64,000 nt of DNA from Lama glama (Eukaryota). The translations under genes and the position numbers were made by a program. The DNA lies in assembly GCA_028534125.1 (NCBI GenBank), contig CM052817.1, forward strand, positions 32,490,001 to 32,554,000, in the 5' to 3' direction. The notes beneath the pieces were generated by a model that saw only the letters and a program-made list of their open reading frames with translations, had not been told where the DNA came from and did no database searches. Below are positions 50,826-62,945 of the stretch, piece by piece; position 1 is the stretch's first letter; every line of letters begins with the position of its first letter.

Positions 50826-51139
50826 TAGTGGTTCTCAAAGTGTGCCCCCCTGACCAACATCATCTGAGAGCTTGTCAGAAATCCAGATTCTCAGGGGAGG
50901 GTACAGCTCAGTGGTAGAGCACATGCTTAGCATGCGTGAGGTCCTAGGTTCAATCCCCAGAACCTCCATTAAAAAAATTAAGTAAAAAAATTAAAACAGA
51001 GAAATGCAGATTCTCAAGCCCCATCCCAGACCTACTGAATCAGAAACTCTAGGGAGAGACTGCCACCCCGCAGCAGCAATCCGTGTTTTAATAAGCCCTT
51101 TAGGTGGTTCTGACATACACTTAATTTTGAGAACCACTG
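50826..51139 (-). mobile_element. MER5A interrupted by a SINE
   Basis: agtggttctcaaagtgtg...cagacctactgaatcagaaactct...tttgagaaccactg. Confidence 0.88.
50894..50999 (+). mobile_element. tRNA-Ala-derived camelid SINE (Vic-1 type)
   Basis: ggggagggtacagctcagtggtagagcacatgcttagcatgcgtgaggtcctaggttcaatccccag; A and B boxes; A-rich tail; TSD agaaatccagattctca (50877-50893) / agaaatgcagattctca (51000-51016). Confidence 0.93.
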
Positions 51140-51856
51140 AACTAAATCACCATCAGGCTCATTTCAGCATTTTTAAAGCTTATCTGTTCAGGTCACTGCT
51201 TAAGAAAACTTTTATTCTTTCAATATTAATAATATGTCAGGATACAAATTTCTACACAAAGAGTTTCCACGTCCAGGGTCAGCCCAGAGTCCAAACCAGC
51301 TCTATCCCCTCTGCTCAAATTTAGAGTGAATCCATTTTTTAAGAAAAGCCTAAATTATCTATTTCATTCTGTCTATCAAACAGACTGTGTTTGCTTAATT
51401 TTGAAAGGGTGAACTAAAAATGAAATAAGGGGAATTGGTTAGCATGCAGAACACGGCCAGGGACTTGAACTACAGCAAATACACACATGTGCATGCATGC
51501 ACACAGATGCACGTATCCACTGCATGCCCCGCCTTGTGTGCACACACAGTTCCAGGAGCTGAATACTGCCTGTCCCTAGCAGCACTCCTGGATCGAAGGG
51601 ACAGGACGGAACTGGTGGTTGACCAGGAGAGACCTGTATGAGACACTGCATTGCTTGGCACAAAATCATACAGTCCTGGGTGAGGAAAGCTTATCCTGGG
51701 ACCTTTTCTGTAATACAAGTTTAAACTTGGCTTTCAAAGCCAGCTTCTGCCACTTACTGCAGTGAAATGAGAATTGTAATGTTTTTCCTGGAGTAACAAG
51801 TGCCATCAGTAAATGGTTTTATGGCTGTTAATTTTATTATTGCTATTGGCATCATT

Positions 51857-51871
51857 ACAGCAGAGGGCGCC
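51857..51871 (+). promoter_or_regulatory. Candidate CTCF site
   Basis: acagcagagggcgcc vs core CCASYAGRKGGCRS; one mismatch, CpG retained. Confidence 0.5.
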
Positions 51872-52414
51872 CGCAGTGCTTCCAGATACAATCACCCACT
51901 TGAGACTTGCAAGCACAGAGAAGGATTTCCTCATCAAACTTACTTTTCAGTTCAATTCTGAAAAAAAGGAGCCTTCGAGAAAGCCTGAAAGAGAGGAGAG
52001 TTTGGATAAATTTTAATTAGAACGCCCCTCCCCAACCTCCAAAATAAAATAGAGAATTTGGGTTTCAGGAAATCATATAAGAAAGTGAGTAGTTAGTTTA
52101 AGAATCTTATAAGGTGTCTCTTCTCAGTGTAATACGCTCATATTTGCTATTTTAAAGACAGAATAATGATTAGCAGCCAGCACCCTTCCATGGGGGACCA
52201 CTAAGGAACTAGCAGGAAAAGAGAGATGCCTGTTTGTACCACGTCTTGTGCAGTGGAAGCCCTTAGAGGAGGTTGTGGCAGCTTAAAAATGAAGAGAATG
52301 CCAGAGCTTTCAGAAGTAATGGCTAATAATCACGAACAACATTAATTAAGCATTTCATTAATGCAGGTTAAGCATTAATTGTTGGGCTCTGTGGTAAGAG
52401 CCCTACTTCATTTT

Positions 52415-52510
52415 ATCCGGGTACAATCATGAGCCCCATGTTACAGATGGAAACTGAGGCACAGAGACGTTACATAAACACAGCCTCCCAGCTGGCGAAT
52501 GTCTGAACTT
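52415..52510 (-). mobile_element. MIR fragment
   Basis: ccccatgttacagatggaaactgaggcacagaga. Confidence 0.7.
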
Positions 52511-52689
52511 GAACCTTTTTTCCCCACTTGACTCGCCGCCAAAGAGTGAAAGGTGGCTTCCCTCCCCTCCCCACGCCCTACTTAAAACCACCAGCCCTGC
52601 TCACCTCTGTTTCATGAACACCGTCGTGCTTCCTGCCCACCAGTTACACAATGAGTATCGTCTTTGACTGGAGTGGAGATAGTGGTGGA

Positions 52690-53230
52690 CAAGGAGGCAC
52701 AGACCACCTTCAAGTGGGCGGACAGGAGAGTAACTGCAGGAGGATGTGCTCAGCGTCTGCCCGGGGGCTTCTCAGTGGGAGCTACAGCTGAGCTAGGAGC
52801 TGAAGGGGTCGTGGCTGGCCGAGGGGGGCCGTGAGAGTCCCAGGCAGAGGGAAGCGCCTGGATGAACACCCGGAGGCTGGAAAGCATGGCCCTTTAGCAA
52901 GATGGAAGGGTTCGACGTGACTGGAAGACAGGTCAACGCCCTTATTAGGTTCCTGAAGAGCTTTTGACTTGACCTGGACAACTAAAGAGTCATTGAAGGG
53001 CCTTCAGTATGAAGGGTCTTGATCAGATTTGAGTTTTGGAAAGAGTTCTGACTGCAGCAGAGCAAATGTGTTGGGTTTAGGTGGTTCCTGACCAGGGGCA
53101 GGGGGAACATTAACAAAAATGTATTGAGTGCCTCCTTATTCTGTGCCAGTCACCACTCTGGCATTGGGTGCTGTGGCAGGCAAGACAGCAGAAGCCGCGC
53201 TCTCCTGGAACTCACATTCTAATGGGGGAA
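52690..53230 (-). mobile_element. L2 fragments
   Basis: gagtcattgaaggg...tgatcagatttgagttttggaaag; aatgtattgagtgcct...tgtgccag...ggaactcacattcta. Confidence 0.6.
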
Positions 53231-54746
53231 GGGAACCTAGTAATTCTCCACACACGTGGAGGCCATGGTAGCCTCCCTTCAGGTGAGACAGTGGTTGCTC
53301 CCATGTCTTTAAAACTATCTGTAATGAAAGATTGGTTTTTTTTCCCCAATTCATCCCAGACCAATATGTAATTTTAATGGCCATGATTAGTGCATCCTCA
53401 CATCACCCACCACTTGACTTTGTCAACACACCAGTGTCCTCTACTCAATTCCAGGACACAAGTCCATTGATTTTGCTGGGCAATGTTGTAGCAATGTTAA
53501 ATTGCAACAAAAGGTTTTAAACCCTTGTTCTCAATTACAACCAGGGAGGCTTATGAGACAGAATTAGATCTGGAGGAAGGTTCTGGGTTAGGATCTTGAT
53601 TAGGGGATACCTAGTGGAATACAAGAGACGTCCAGACAAATGAGCGTGTGGGTTTAAACTTGAACCCACACACTCAGGTGAGAAGAGCAACATACATTGT
53701 TGCTTCCATTAGTTCCTTCAAACCAGCCTAGTTAGATCTGAGTCTGATTCACTGTCTGAGCATTTTGGATCAACTCATTTAAATGATAAAGCCAATTTCA
53801 ACTGACTGACAGTGAAAAAGAAACAAATAATATTGCTAACTGAATGATGTTTGGGCGCCCACTGAGTGACAGAATGCAGTGGGGAAGGGAAGCGGGTGGA
53901 ACAGACCCAGAAGCAGCAGGACTCTTGGTCTGCACAGCATGGTGGGCTGGCCCCTGCTGGTAGGAAACTGCTTTTTCCCAAAAGGCCTTGACTCTCCGGG
54001 TGAGGTTCGTGGTCTGAATCCTGAACAGAAATCCTTGTTCATCCGCGTCAGAAACAGAGGCAGGCCCTGGCTTTCTCCTTTCGGGCAGCTGGCTGTGGAG
54101 ATGCTGTCTCCGAGGCCTTCCTTCTGCTCTTGCCGCCAAGTTCTGGAATGAGGGCTTGGCTCCAGTATCCCCTGATGGCCTTCAGCCCGGGGCCAGCCCA
54201 GAGAAGCTGTAGACAGAGGCATGGAAGAGGCCTTCCTACCCTGACTTTTCTAACGTGGTGCCCAGAGGAAGAGGGACACACTACTTTCACCTTGGTTGTG
54301 GGGGTGTTGGGAAGCCTCACGCCCCTCACTGGAGTCTCTCTGAGAGCCAGTTTCCTCACATCACTCTGCAGAAAGCCTCGCCATAATCCCGATTGCAGTG
54401 CCTGATGCAGACAAAGACCAAGATGTGTTAAGACTGAAAGAAAACTACTGGGCCGTCCCGTCACTGGGCCAAGACACCGGCAGTGTGCTTTTGATCGATG
54501 CTTTTACAAATCTAATGATTTTGTGGACGCACCACTACAGTATTTTATATTTGTGTGTGTTTAAAAATACTAATCTGCTAAGTATAAGTATATTTTGAAT
54601 ATCCCAACTTCCATTTCTTCATTAAAAAGAATAATAAACTGAGAATCTTAAATAATGGAAGTTGTCTGACCCTCTGTCTCCCCTAAGACATTTGCTTTTC
54701 CCTCACCCATCCCACCCCAGGAAACTGTCCATTTATTTCCTTAGTT

Positions 54747-54825
<79 letters not shown>

Positions 54826-54931
54826 GAGAAAGAGGGAGAGAAAGAGGGAGGGAGGGAGGAAGGAAGAAAGGAAGGAAGGAAGGAAAGAAAGAGAAAGAAA
54901 GAAAGAAAAAGAAAGAAAAGAAAGAAAAAAA
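54747..54931. repeat. (GAAA)19 plus compound GA-rich microsatellite; 185-bp pure purine tract
   Basis: No pyrimidine on + strand 54747-54931; perfect GAAA units 54748-54823. Confidence 0.98.
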
Positions 54932-54948
54932 TACAAGCAATGACTTGC

Positions 54949-54963
54949 CCAGCAGGGGGCAGC
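54949..54963 (+). promoter_or_regulatory. Candidate CTCF site
   Basis: ccagcagggggcagc is a full match to the CTCF core consensus. Confidence 0.55.
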
Positions 54964-55782
54964 AAGAGACAAAAAATACCCTGCTCCATTTAGCTTCCCC
55001 AGCCCCCAGCTTTGTCTGAAATCCTGGATTAAAAGGGTTTAAATTGAGAAAAAGGTGGTGGGGGAACAGGGATGGACTCCAAACCACAGAACCCAAATTC
55101 ATAAAGTTAAGTGGATGCAGAACTTGCTGGAACAAGATTTACCAACGACAATAGCCAGACTGCCTTTTTTTTTTTTTCCCTCAGCTCTATGGAAGAAGGC
55201 AGCCCAGTGAAATTTTTGTCAAAATCTGGTTCTCTGTGGTGACGTCCACAAACTTGGTACTATGAACGTTCTTTAGAAAATATCCCATAGATAAGAGGAA
55301 AGAATGTTGTTGCTTTTGAATAAAATCCCATAACCTATCTTCATGCTACTATGAGCCGGAAACATGGGTCTCACAGGCCAGGAGTACCTGGGTGGCTGGG
55401 ATATATGGCACCCAGCATGGGGCACCTTAAGTAGGACTCACCTGATCAGGTGAGAAGAAATAAGGGATGCTTGAAAGATGATGAGGGCAGGTCAGCATTG
55501 TGGTCTAGGACTGAACTTCTTACCAGCCCAGGAATCCTTGTGGCATGTAAAAATGTGAGTCCTGATACCAAAAAAAAACCCCCCAAAACAAACCAAAAAA
55601 ACCCACAAAAAACCCCTGGATCCAAAAGAAGAGAGTAAGGGGAAACAGGAAAGGAAATGTCTGCGGTGGGAGGGTTCTGCTTGGGAAATGTTTATCTGGG
55701 GTCCTCGGCTGTAAACGGTGTGATTACAAGTCCTGGCAACAGTGGCGTAGGACACTTGGGCTTGTGTCCATTTCAGGGACTC

Positions 55783-56250
55783 CTGTTAGTTTCCTAGGAC
55801 TGCCACAGCAGAGTGCCACAAACCAAGTGGCTCATAACAACAGAAATTTATTCTTTCACAGTTCTGGAGGCCAGAAGCCCTAAATAAAGTGTTGGCAGGG
55901 CCATGTGCCCTCTAAAGGTTCTAGGGAAGAAAAGTTCCTCTCCTCTTCCTGGTTCCTGGTGGCTCCCGGCATTCCTCGGAGATCCTCGGGTTGCAGCAGC
56001 CTCCCTCCAGTCCCTGCCTCCGTCTCCACGTGGCCTTCTTCCCTGTGCGTATGTGCCTGTAGGTCTGAATCTCCCTCCTTCCTCTTATAAAGACCCCAGT
56101 CATTGGATTTAGGGCCCACTCCAGTTCAGTACGAGCTCATTTTAATATAACTGATCACATCTACAGAGACCCTATTTCCAAATAAGCTCACAAGCTGAGG
56201 TTCTGAATGGACAAGATTTGTTGCTGGGGGACACTATTCAGCCCAGCACA
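55783..56250 (-). mobile_element. MLT1C-like solo LTR
   Basis: ttagtttcctagg...aacaacagaaatttattctttcacagttctggaggccagaag...cagtcattggatttagggcccac...acactattcagcccagcaca. Confidence 0.9.
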
Positions 56251-56261
56251 GACCCCAGTAG

Positions 56262-56420
56262 TAGTTATAGCGATAACACTAGACAAGGCTGCTCTCAAAT
56301 CCTGGCTCCTACTGCTCCTGTCCCTTTGTCCCCTGAACCTTGGCTTTCTCATCTTTAACGTGATAGCAATAATCCCCATTGGGATTGTGAGATGGGGCGG
56401 AGATCACGTACTTGATACAG
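56262..56420 (+). mobile_element. MIR fragment
   Basis: tcaaatcctggctc...ctttctcatcttta...gggattgtgag. Confidence 0.55.
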
Positions 56421-57591
56421 TTGGTATGAAACAGTGGGGGAGGCTGGCAGAGCTGGGGCAGGGGCTCCTCTCTCCCGTTTGCAGGCAGCCCCAAGGCACT
56501 CAGCCAGACCTCCCAGACTGCTCCAGACACGGCCCCAGCTGCTTTGCCCCACATTTTACGCTCAGGAGCTTCACTTACCAGCCTACCGGCTTGGAATCTG
56601 ATATGTTGATCTTTATTTATGAGTTGTTGTCTATCTCCCCTGGGTGAGATACCTTTAAAAGGATATCTCCTACTTAGATTCTGCATCGGCTCTGTGAGTG
56701 ATGACTGGGGTCTCAGAGACTGTTGCAGACCAGTGAGGGAAAGGGGGTTTGGGGGCCATTTGGGCAGGGCCAGGATTCCTCAGCCTCCAATGGCATCCAG
56801 TGGTCACCACCTAGCCTCAATGCTGGTGGGGCTATTCCTGGCTAGAGCAGGGCTTTGTATGGAAATCTGGCACAATCAACAGTCACAAAATCCCAGGGGG
56901 AAGACAATAGGAACAATCCGAGAATTGTGCTGCAGGCTTTTTATAGGAATGATTCTTGTTTCCAGTGGCTCTCACCTTGAGGCTGGTTCAGGCATGGTGT
57001 TTGGCGTAGCCAGGAGCACGGCTCCTGCCTCCAGCATCCACACTGGACTCCCTGAGATAGGTAACTCCAAAGGTTATCGGATATTTGATGTTAGTATTTA
57101 CTCATGTATTAGTCTGAAGTCTTTCTTGTGTCTTTGTTGGATCAATTTATTGATTCCGAGCGGGGATTTTCCTTGGTTTGTTAACAGCCTTTTTATGTTT
57201 AATTAAGGAAAGATTTTTCTTTTTGAATATGCCCAAGATTTTTATAAGCCCTAATCTTCTTGAGTGAGTCAGTAGCAGCTAACTGGAAATGTTTACCTTC
57301 CACAGCCAGATTGTCAGATCCCAACCAGACACAAATAAACATTTTAAGGAAGTGCCCTCCCCATGTCCCACTGACTCAACAAAACTGCGGGAACATCTCA
57401 CTCTCCTACAGTTAGAGCCTTCCAAGAATGGACCTTCATTGAAATGTACATTGACCGAGGAGTGTTCCATCGGACGGACTGACTTTGTCAAGGGTGTCAC
57501 ACAGTTTGCTCCTTTGTAAGGATTGGTATCAGACTATATAACGTCATTTATCCAATTTTTCATTCATTCAACAAAGATACGGGCATCACAA

Positions 57592-58105
57592 GGTGGACAG
57601 TGTCTCCCACCCGCCTCTGCCTCCTGGTACTATGCACTTACATATTCCTTCACTGTGGTGTGTGGGCTGGCCTTAGTGACTTGCTTCTGACAGAAGAAAA
57701 ACAATGCAGCAAGGAATCTGACGTCACTTACAAGATTGGGTTACAAAAGACTGTGACTTCCGTCTTGCTCTCATGCTGTCTGTCTGTCTGTCTATCTTTC
57801 CCTCTGGCCTCTTCTCACTTGCTTACTCTGTCTGATGAAGGAAGTGGCTGCACTGTGAGCAAACACTGGATCCTGTGAGCTGTGTGAGTGAGCTGGGGAG
57901 TGTATCCTGCCCCAGTCGCGCCCCGTGTTGGCTGCAGCCCAGGTTGCCAACTTCATGCCAGCTTGTGAGAGACGTAGATTCAGAGGACCCAGCTAAGCCA
58001 CACCCAGATTTCAGACCCACAGAACTGTGACACAATAAATGTTGATGTGCCAAGCCACCAAGTTTTGAGGTAATTTGTTACACAGAAACAAATAACCAAT
58101 AGACA
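57592..58105 (+). mobile_element. MLT1E/F-like LTR
   Basis: gcctcctggta...gtgacttgcttct...cagaggacccagctaagccacacccaga...gacccacagaactgtga..aataaatgtt. Confidence 0.85.
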
Positions 58106-58837
58106 CTTTACTGGCACTGAAGATATAAAGTGAAAAATACATATATATATATATATATGTCTTTTTCTTAAGATATGCAAACAATTTCCATAGGCAGTGA
58201 TAACTACCCTCATTGCATCTACGTTCAAAATTCAGTGGTGATACAATAATGATGTGGTTTGGCCTTTTAGCCTAAATATGTATGATTCATGAAACTGACC
58301 AAAAGTTAAAGTGATTTGGAAGGACTTTTAATTATGTGAGATATTTCTGACTGCTTGGAAATGTCTCACTATGAACACAAAAATATGCATCCATTTCAGA
58401 ACAAGAGGTGTCTGGAACTTGGAACACAAATTATTTCAGATGATATCTGCTTCTGCAAAACTCATCTTTATTAATGGAACCACTGTAAATAAAATTAGAA
58501 AAGGGGGTAATGAGGTCATCCCACCCATTTCTGTTGCTTCATTTTTCAATCAGCATATTTTTTGCTCTAGAGTAGTTGCAAAACATAGACTATAAATGAA
58601 GTATACAAATAGTATTTGTGCCAATAAGAACAGAAAGACTGAAGGAAACCTGAAGGAAAACTTCTTGCTAAAATTTTGGGCCAAGATTCTCCAACACCTA
58701 TGAAATCAAGATACTGAACTTTAAGACCTGTTGAAAATTTCTGCTTTTCTGCTCTATCCATACCTGTGTTCCCAAATTTAACTTCAGAAAATGAGGCTGC
58801 TCGTCAAATGGACTAAAGAGAGGGAGTTGAATTTAAG

Positions 58838-60365
58838 TCTGAAAAGAATGGGTATTCTGCTGCTGCTGTGCACAGTGCTTTATAAATGTCAGGTATCTCT
58901 TGTTGGTCGATGGTGTTGTTGAGTTCTTCTATGGATCTGCTAATTTTATTCTATCAGTTGTAAGAGAGCACACTGAAGTCACCAATGATTGCAGATTTGT
59001 CTGTTTCTCCCTTTAGATCTATCACTTTTGCTTCACATATTTGGTACCTCCATTGCATACACATCTGGATTACTGTTTTCTTGATGGATTGGCCCTTCTA
59101 TCATTATATACCTTCCCCTCTGTCTCTGGTAATTTTTTTTTTTTTTGGCTGTGAAATTTGTTTTATCTGGTACTAAATTTAAAATAGCCATTCCTGCATT
59201 CCTTTGCTTAATACTTGCAGAATGTAACTTTTTCCTTTCTTTTGCTTTCATCTGGCCTATATCATTATATTTGAAATGAGTGTCTTTCAGACAGGATATC
59301 ATTGAGTCCTGTTTTAAATCCACTCTGCCAATCTCTGTCTTTTAATTGGTACACTTAGATGATTTCCATAATTATTGATGTTAGTGTATAAATAGACCAT
59401 TTTAATTTTTGTTTTATTTGTTACCACTGTTTTTCACTTCACTTTTCTTTTTCCTTCCTTTCTGCGGATTACTTGAACATTTTTTAGAATTCTATTTCTG
59501 ACTTATCTATAGTATTTTTGACCATATATTAATATAGATATTTTACTGGCTGTGGTAAATATTGCTTTATAGATACATAACACAATCTACTGGTGTTGCT
59601 GTTTGACCAGTTCAAACCAGGTGCAGAAAATTTACCTTTCTTTATGTCCCTTTACTCTTCCACATTTATAATGTAATTATTATAAATACTTTCTCTTCAT
59701 AGATTTAGAATCAAAGCAGACAGTGTTATCCTTTTGACTTCCACCATCAAATATAATTTAGAAAACTCAAGGGGAGAAGAAAATCTATCACTTTTATCTG
59801 AATTATGTGTTTTTTCTTCCTTCTTAATGATCCAAGGTTTCTTTCTTGTTTTCTTTCTCTTTAGAGAACTTCAGTTCGCCATTCTCTAAGGTAGGTATGC
59901 TAGAGACATACTCTCTTAGCTCCTTTATCTGAGGATGTTTTGTCTCCTCTCTCATTCCTGAAAGACATTTTCACTGGGAATAGGATTCTGGGTTGATAGC
60001 TCATTTCTGTAAACATTTGGAAATTGTGCCACTGGCCTCCAGGTTCTGATGAGAAATCTAAAGCTATTCCATTTGTTTTCCCCCTTTAGGTAAGGCTTTG
60101 CTGCCCTCTCATTATGTTCAAGATATTTTTCTTTGTCTTTGTTTTTCAGAAGTTTGATTACGATGTGTCTTGGTGTTAATTCCTTTAAGTTGCTTATGTT
60201 TGGGATTCACTCAGCTCCTTGTATCTGAGAACTTCTATCACTTGCCACGTTGGGAACTTTTCAGCCATTATTACTTCTAGTACTTTTTCAGCTCCACCCT
60301 CTTTTTCCTTTCTTTTTGAGACTCTGATGAGATGAATGTTAGATCTTTTGTCATAGTCTGACTAC
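58838..60365 (-). mobile_element. Old L1 internal fragment: ORF1 3' part, spacer and ORF2 endonuclease N-terminus (decayed)
   Basis: ORF 59033-59323 KQDSMISCLKDTHFKYND...AGMAIL...DKTNF...GRYIMIEGPIHQE resembles the L1 APE-like endonuclease. Confidence 0.88.
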
Positions 60366-60451
60366 CCTGAGTATAAGTAACGTCATTCTGATAAATTGCA
60401 GGGATCCTTTTTCTTACAGTTACAGCCAGGCACTGCCTCCAGCATGTATGC

Positions 60452-60497
60452 AAAAAAAAAAAAAAAAAAAAAAGAAAAAAAAGAAAAAGAAAAGAAA
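60452..60497 (+). repeat. Poly(A) / A-rich tract
   Basis: Long A run followed by GAn units. Confidence 0.95.
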
Positions 60498-61518
60498 TGC
60501 GTGTTCACTGTGAATCCACTTCTCTCACAATGCAGTCACCTTCTATTAGGGCTCCCATGTTTCTTTCTTTATTAAAGGCAGACTAGGACTTCACAACATT
60601 TAATGGGCTTTTTATCTCTTAAACAAAATTTTATGAAGAAGTTATAGAAAAGGCAAAATGAAGCTTGGAATAATGGAATAGTTTTTAGAGAAAAAGATCA
60701 AAGTGGTAAAAAGATTAAATAGAATGCTTTGTTAAAGGGCTGGCTCTGAACACAATACTTTCTCAAAGAGTCTTGAAGAGAAATAAAATGGTGCTCGAAA
60801 CTCCTAATGTGCCCTTCACCGCAGAGTGATTTCCACTTGGTTCAGCTGGAAAGCCCTGTTATGGAATCAGGTTGAGCCTCTTTTTGAAAGCAGGTGCTTG
60901 TAGCTAAACAGCTTATCAGTGTTTGCAAAGACCACCGAGTCCATCATTTGTGTAATGACTGGTCCCCTTAGTGGGTTCATATCTTTGCTGTCGAACCAAA
61001 CTCAATTCTGCTTGACAAGTGTTTGAACATCATTATTTGTTTCTGGAAAGAACCTAAGAGTGTCCCCCAGGCTCCAAAATGATTCCAAAGCCCCTTAAAC
61101 TCCCCCTGTTACCTTTTTTCACACTTTACTGATACTCCTTCTTGAACATCTGTCTCCTCAGACACACTCTGTGTTCTGTGAAGTCTGATGAAAATCTCGT
61201 CTTTTTCACTCAGCATGAGGGCCGTGTACTGGCGCACAGGGGCACTGGGTAAATGCTTGTCTGATAAATGTCTAAATGAGCAAGATCTCCATAGGTGTAG
61301 AAAAAGATCTACCCATTCGTAACTCTATAATTCATTCATCCTGTAATCTACTCTAAGAAAGTTCTACAAATATCTACCCTGTGCCAGGTGAGGTGCTGGA
61401 CACTGAAAGTACAAGAAAAAAAATGTGGTTTATATTCTGGCCAGAAGATCCTATGGAAATATCCTATCTGACCTGTGCTTCCACATTTTGGGTTGGGCTC
61501 CCACATGTGCCCCCAGAT

Positions 61519-61694
61519 TAGGGGTTGGCAAATTACAGCTCATGAACCAAATCTGGCCACCACACTTTCTGTAAATAAAATGTTCCTGAAAGGTTACCAC
61601 ACTTATTTGTGTCTGCTTTCACACTAGAATGACCTGCAAGAGCCTAAAATATTTATTATCGAAACCATTTACAGAAAAATGTTGCCAACCCCTG
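61519..61694 (-). mobile_element. MER58A with both TIRs
   Basis: aggggttggcaa ... ttgccaacccct inverted termini; gcctaaaatatttattatc. Confidence 0.88.
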
Positions 61695-62029
61695 CCATAA
61701 ATCATGAATTAGGGAATGTCGGATACGCCCTCCCCTTACCTGGAAATCCCTGCGGTGTCAAACAGGCCAAGTCATGGCTCCATTTGTTAGCCAACACATC
61801 CTTTGGTCAAGATTATTGAGGAAAAATATTTAATTAATAATCAAAATATATATTGCTCTGCCAAATCCCCAGGTTACATAATCAGTGTTAACCAAGGTCC
61901 CTGATTTTATTAGATTGCCATCTATCTGTGTCACATTTCACAGGATGGAGCTCAGGACAGTTGTTTGGTTCCCATCATTCAGAGGTGGAGGACGTGATAT
62001 TTAAACATATGTAATACACAGCTCACACC

Positions 62030-62600
62030 CCTTTGGCCTTGACGTCAGACCATCCTTGCTGTGTTTGAGGAATCGCCAGGGGCTCAGTGTGGCTGGAGGG
62101 AAGTGAGTGAGGGCGCGCAGTGGGAGATAAGATCAGAGAACTGGGAGGGGGTGAGGAGCTGCCCACTGAAAGGACTTGGGTTTGAACTCTGAGTGAGACA
62201 GGAGCCATAAGTGAGTTTTGAGCGAGGAATTATCTGATCTGTGTATTGAGGAGATCACTCCGGTTGGCACGTGGGGACTAGACTAGGAAGGGTGAGGGTG
62301 GGAGCAGGGCCATCGGTGAGGAGGCTGTTGGGATGATCCACCTGAGACACGATAGTGGCCGAGCCCAGGGAGCAATGGTCAGAAGGGGTTGGATTCTGCA
62401 CTTTGAAGATGGAGTCAATAGGCTTTTCTGAAGGATGGAATGTGGGAAGAAGAGGAGAGTCAAGGAAGGCTGCAAGGTTCTTGACCTGAACAACTGGAAG
62501 GGTAGACTCCCATTGACTGAGATGAGAAAGACAGCGAGAATCAGGTTTTGGGGGGTGATATCAAGAGTTCATTTTAGACATGCTTGACATGTCTCATTTT
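62030..62600 (-). mobile_element. L2 (L2a-like)
   Basis: tgtttgaggaa...cagtgtggctggag...aaggacttgg...gaagaggagagtcaagga...tgaacaactggaagg...tcaagagttcattttagacatg. Confidence 0.88.
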
Positions 62601-62712
62601 TCCTGAATTTCTTACCCCTCCCTTGAATTATCCTTACTCTAAAACCAGAAACTCTACATTCTGGTTTCTCGGTCTGTCCCACTCCCTTCCCCTCATTAAC
62701 CCCTCCACCCAG

Positions 62713-62945
62713 AGATGGCCGTGTAGCATTGTGGTTAAGAGTGTGGACTACAGACACAGAATTTTGCATGCACATCCAGGTCAGCTATTTCCTAGCTGTG
62801 CGACCTTGGGAAAATTGCTTGAATTCTCTGAACTTCAGTTCCCCTATTCATAAAATAGAAAAAAAATAATCACTTGCTTTCCCCTCATGGTTGGTGTGAG
62901 GATTTAGAGGGACAGCATATGTGAGACTGGCAAGCGCACTGTCAG
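62713..62945 (+). mobile_element. MIR SINE, near full length
   Basis: gtgtagcattgtggttaagagtgtggac...ctagctgtgcgaccttggg...cttcagttcccc...ggttggtgtgaggattt. Confidence 0.88.

Noticed and set aside
50894..50968. tRNA-Ala-like sequence (also ~41617)
   Set aside because: A-rich tail, TSD and mismatched stems indicate a SINE, not a tRNA gene
51481..51548. 16-bp palindrome tgtgcatgcatgcaca with TGCATG motifs
   Set aside because: Explained by low-complexity CA/TG sequence; no nearby exon to suggest RBFOX regulation
54683..55135. Phe/Leu/Ser-rich ORFs that look like membrane proteins
   Set aside because: Translation of the (TTTC)n microsatellite
56619..57206. 195 aa ORF
   Set aside because: No recognisable domain or supporting gene structure
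59033..59323. Endonuclease-like ORF
   Set aside because: Decayed L1 ORF2 fragment with a degraded catalytic-region motif and no intact continuation; not a domesticated gene
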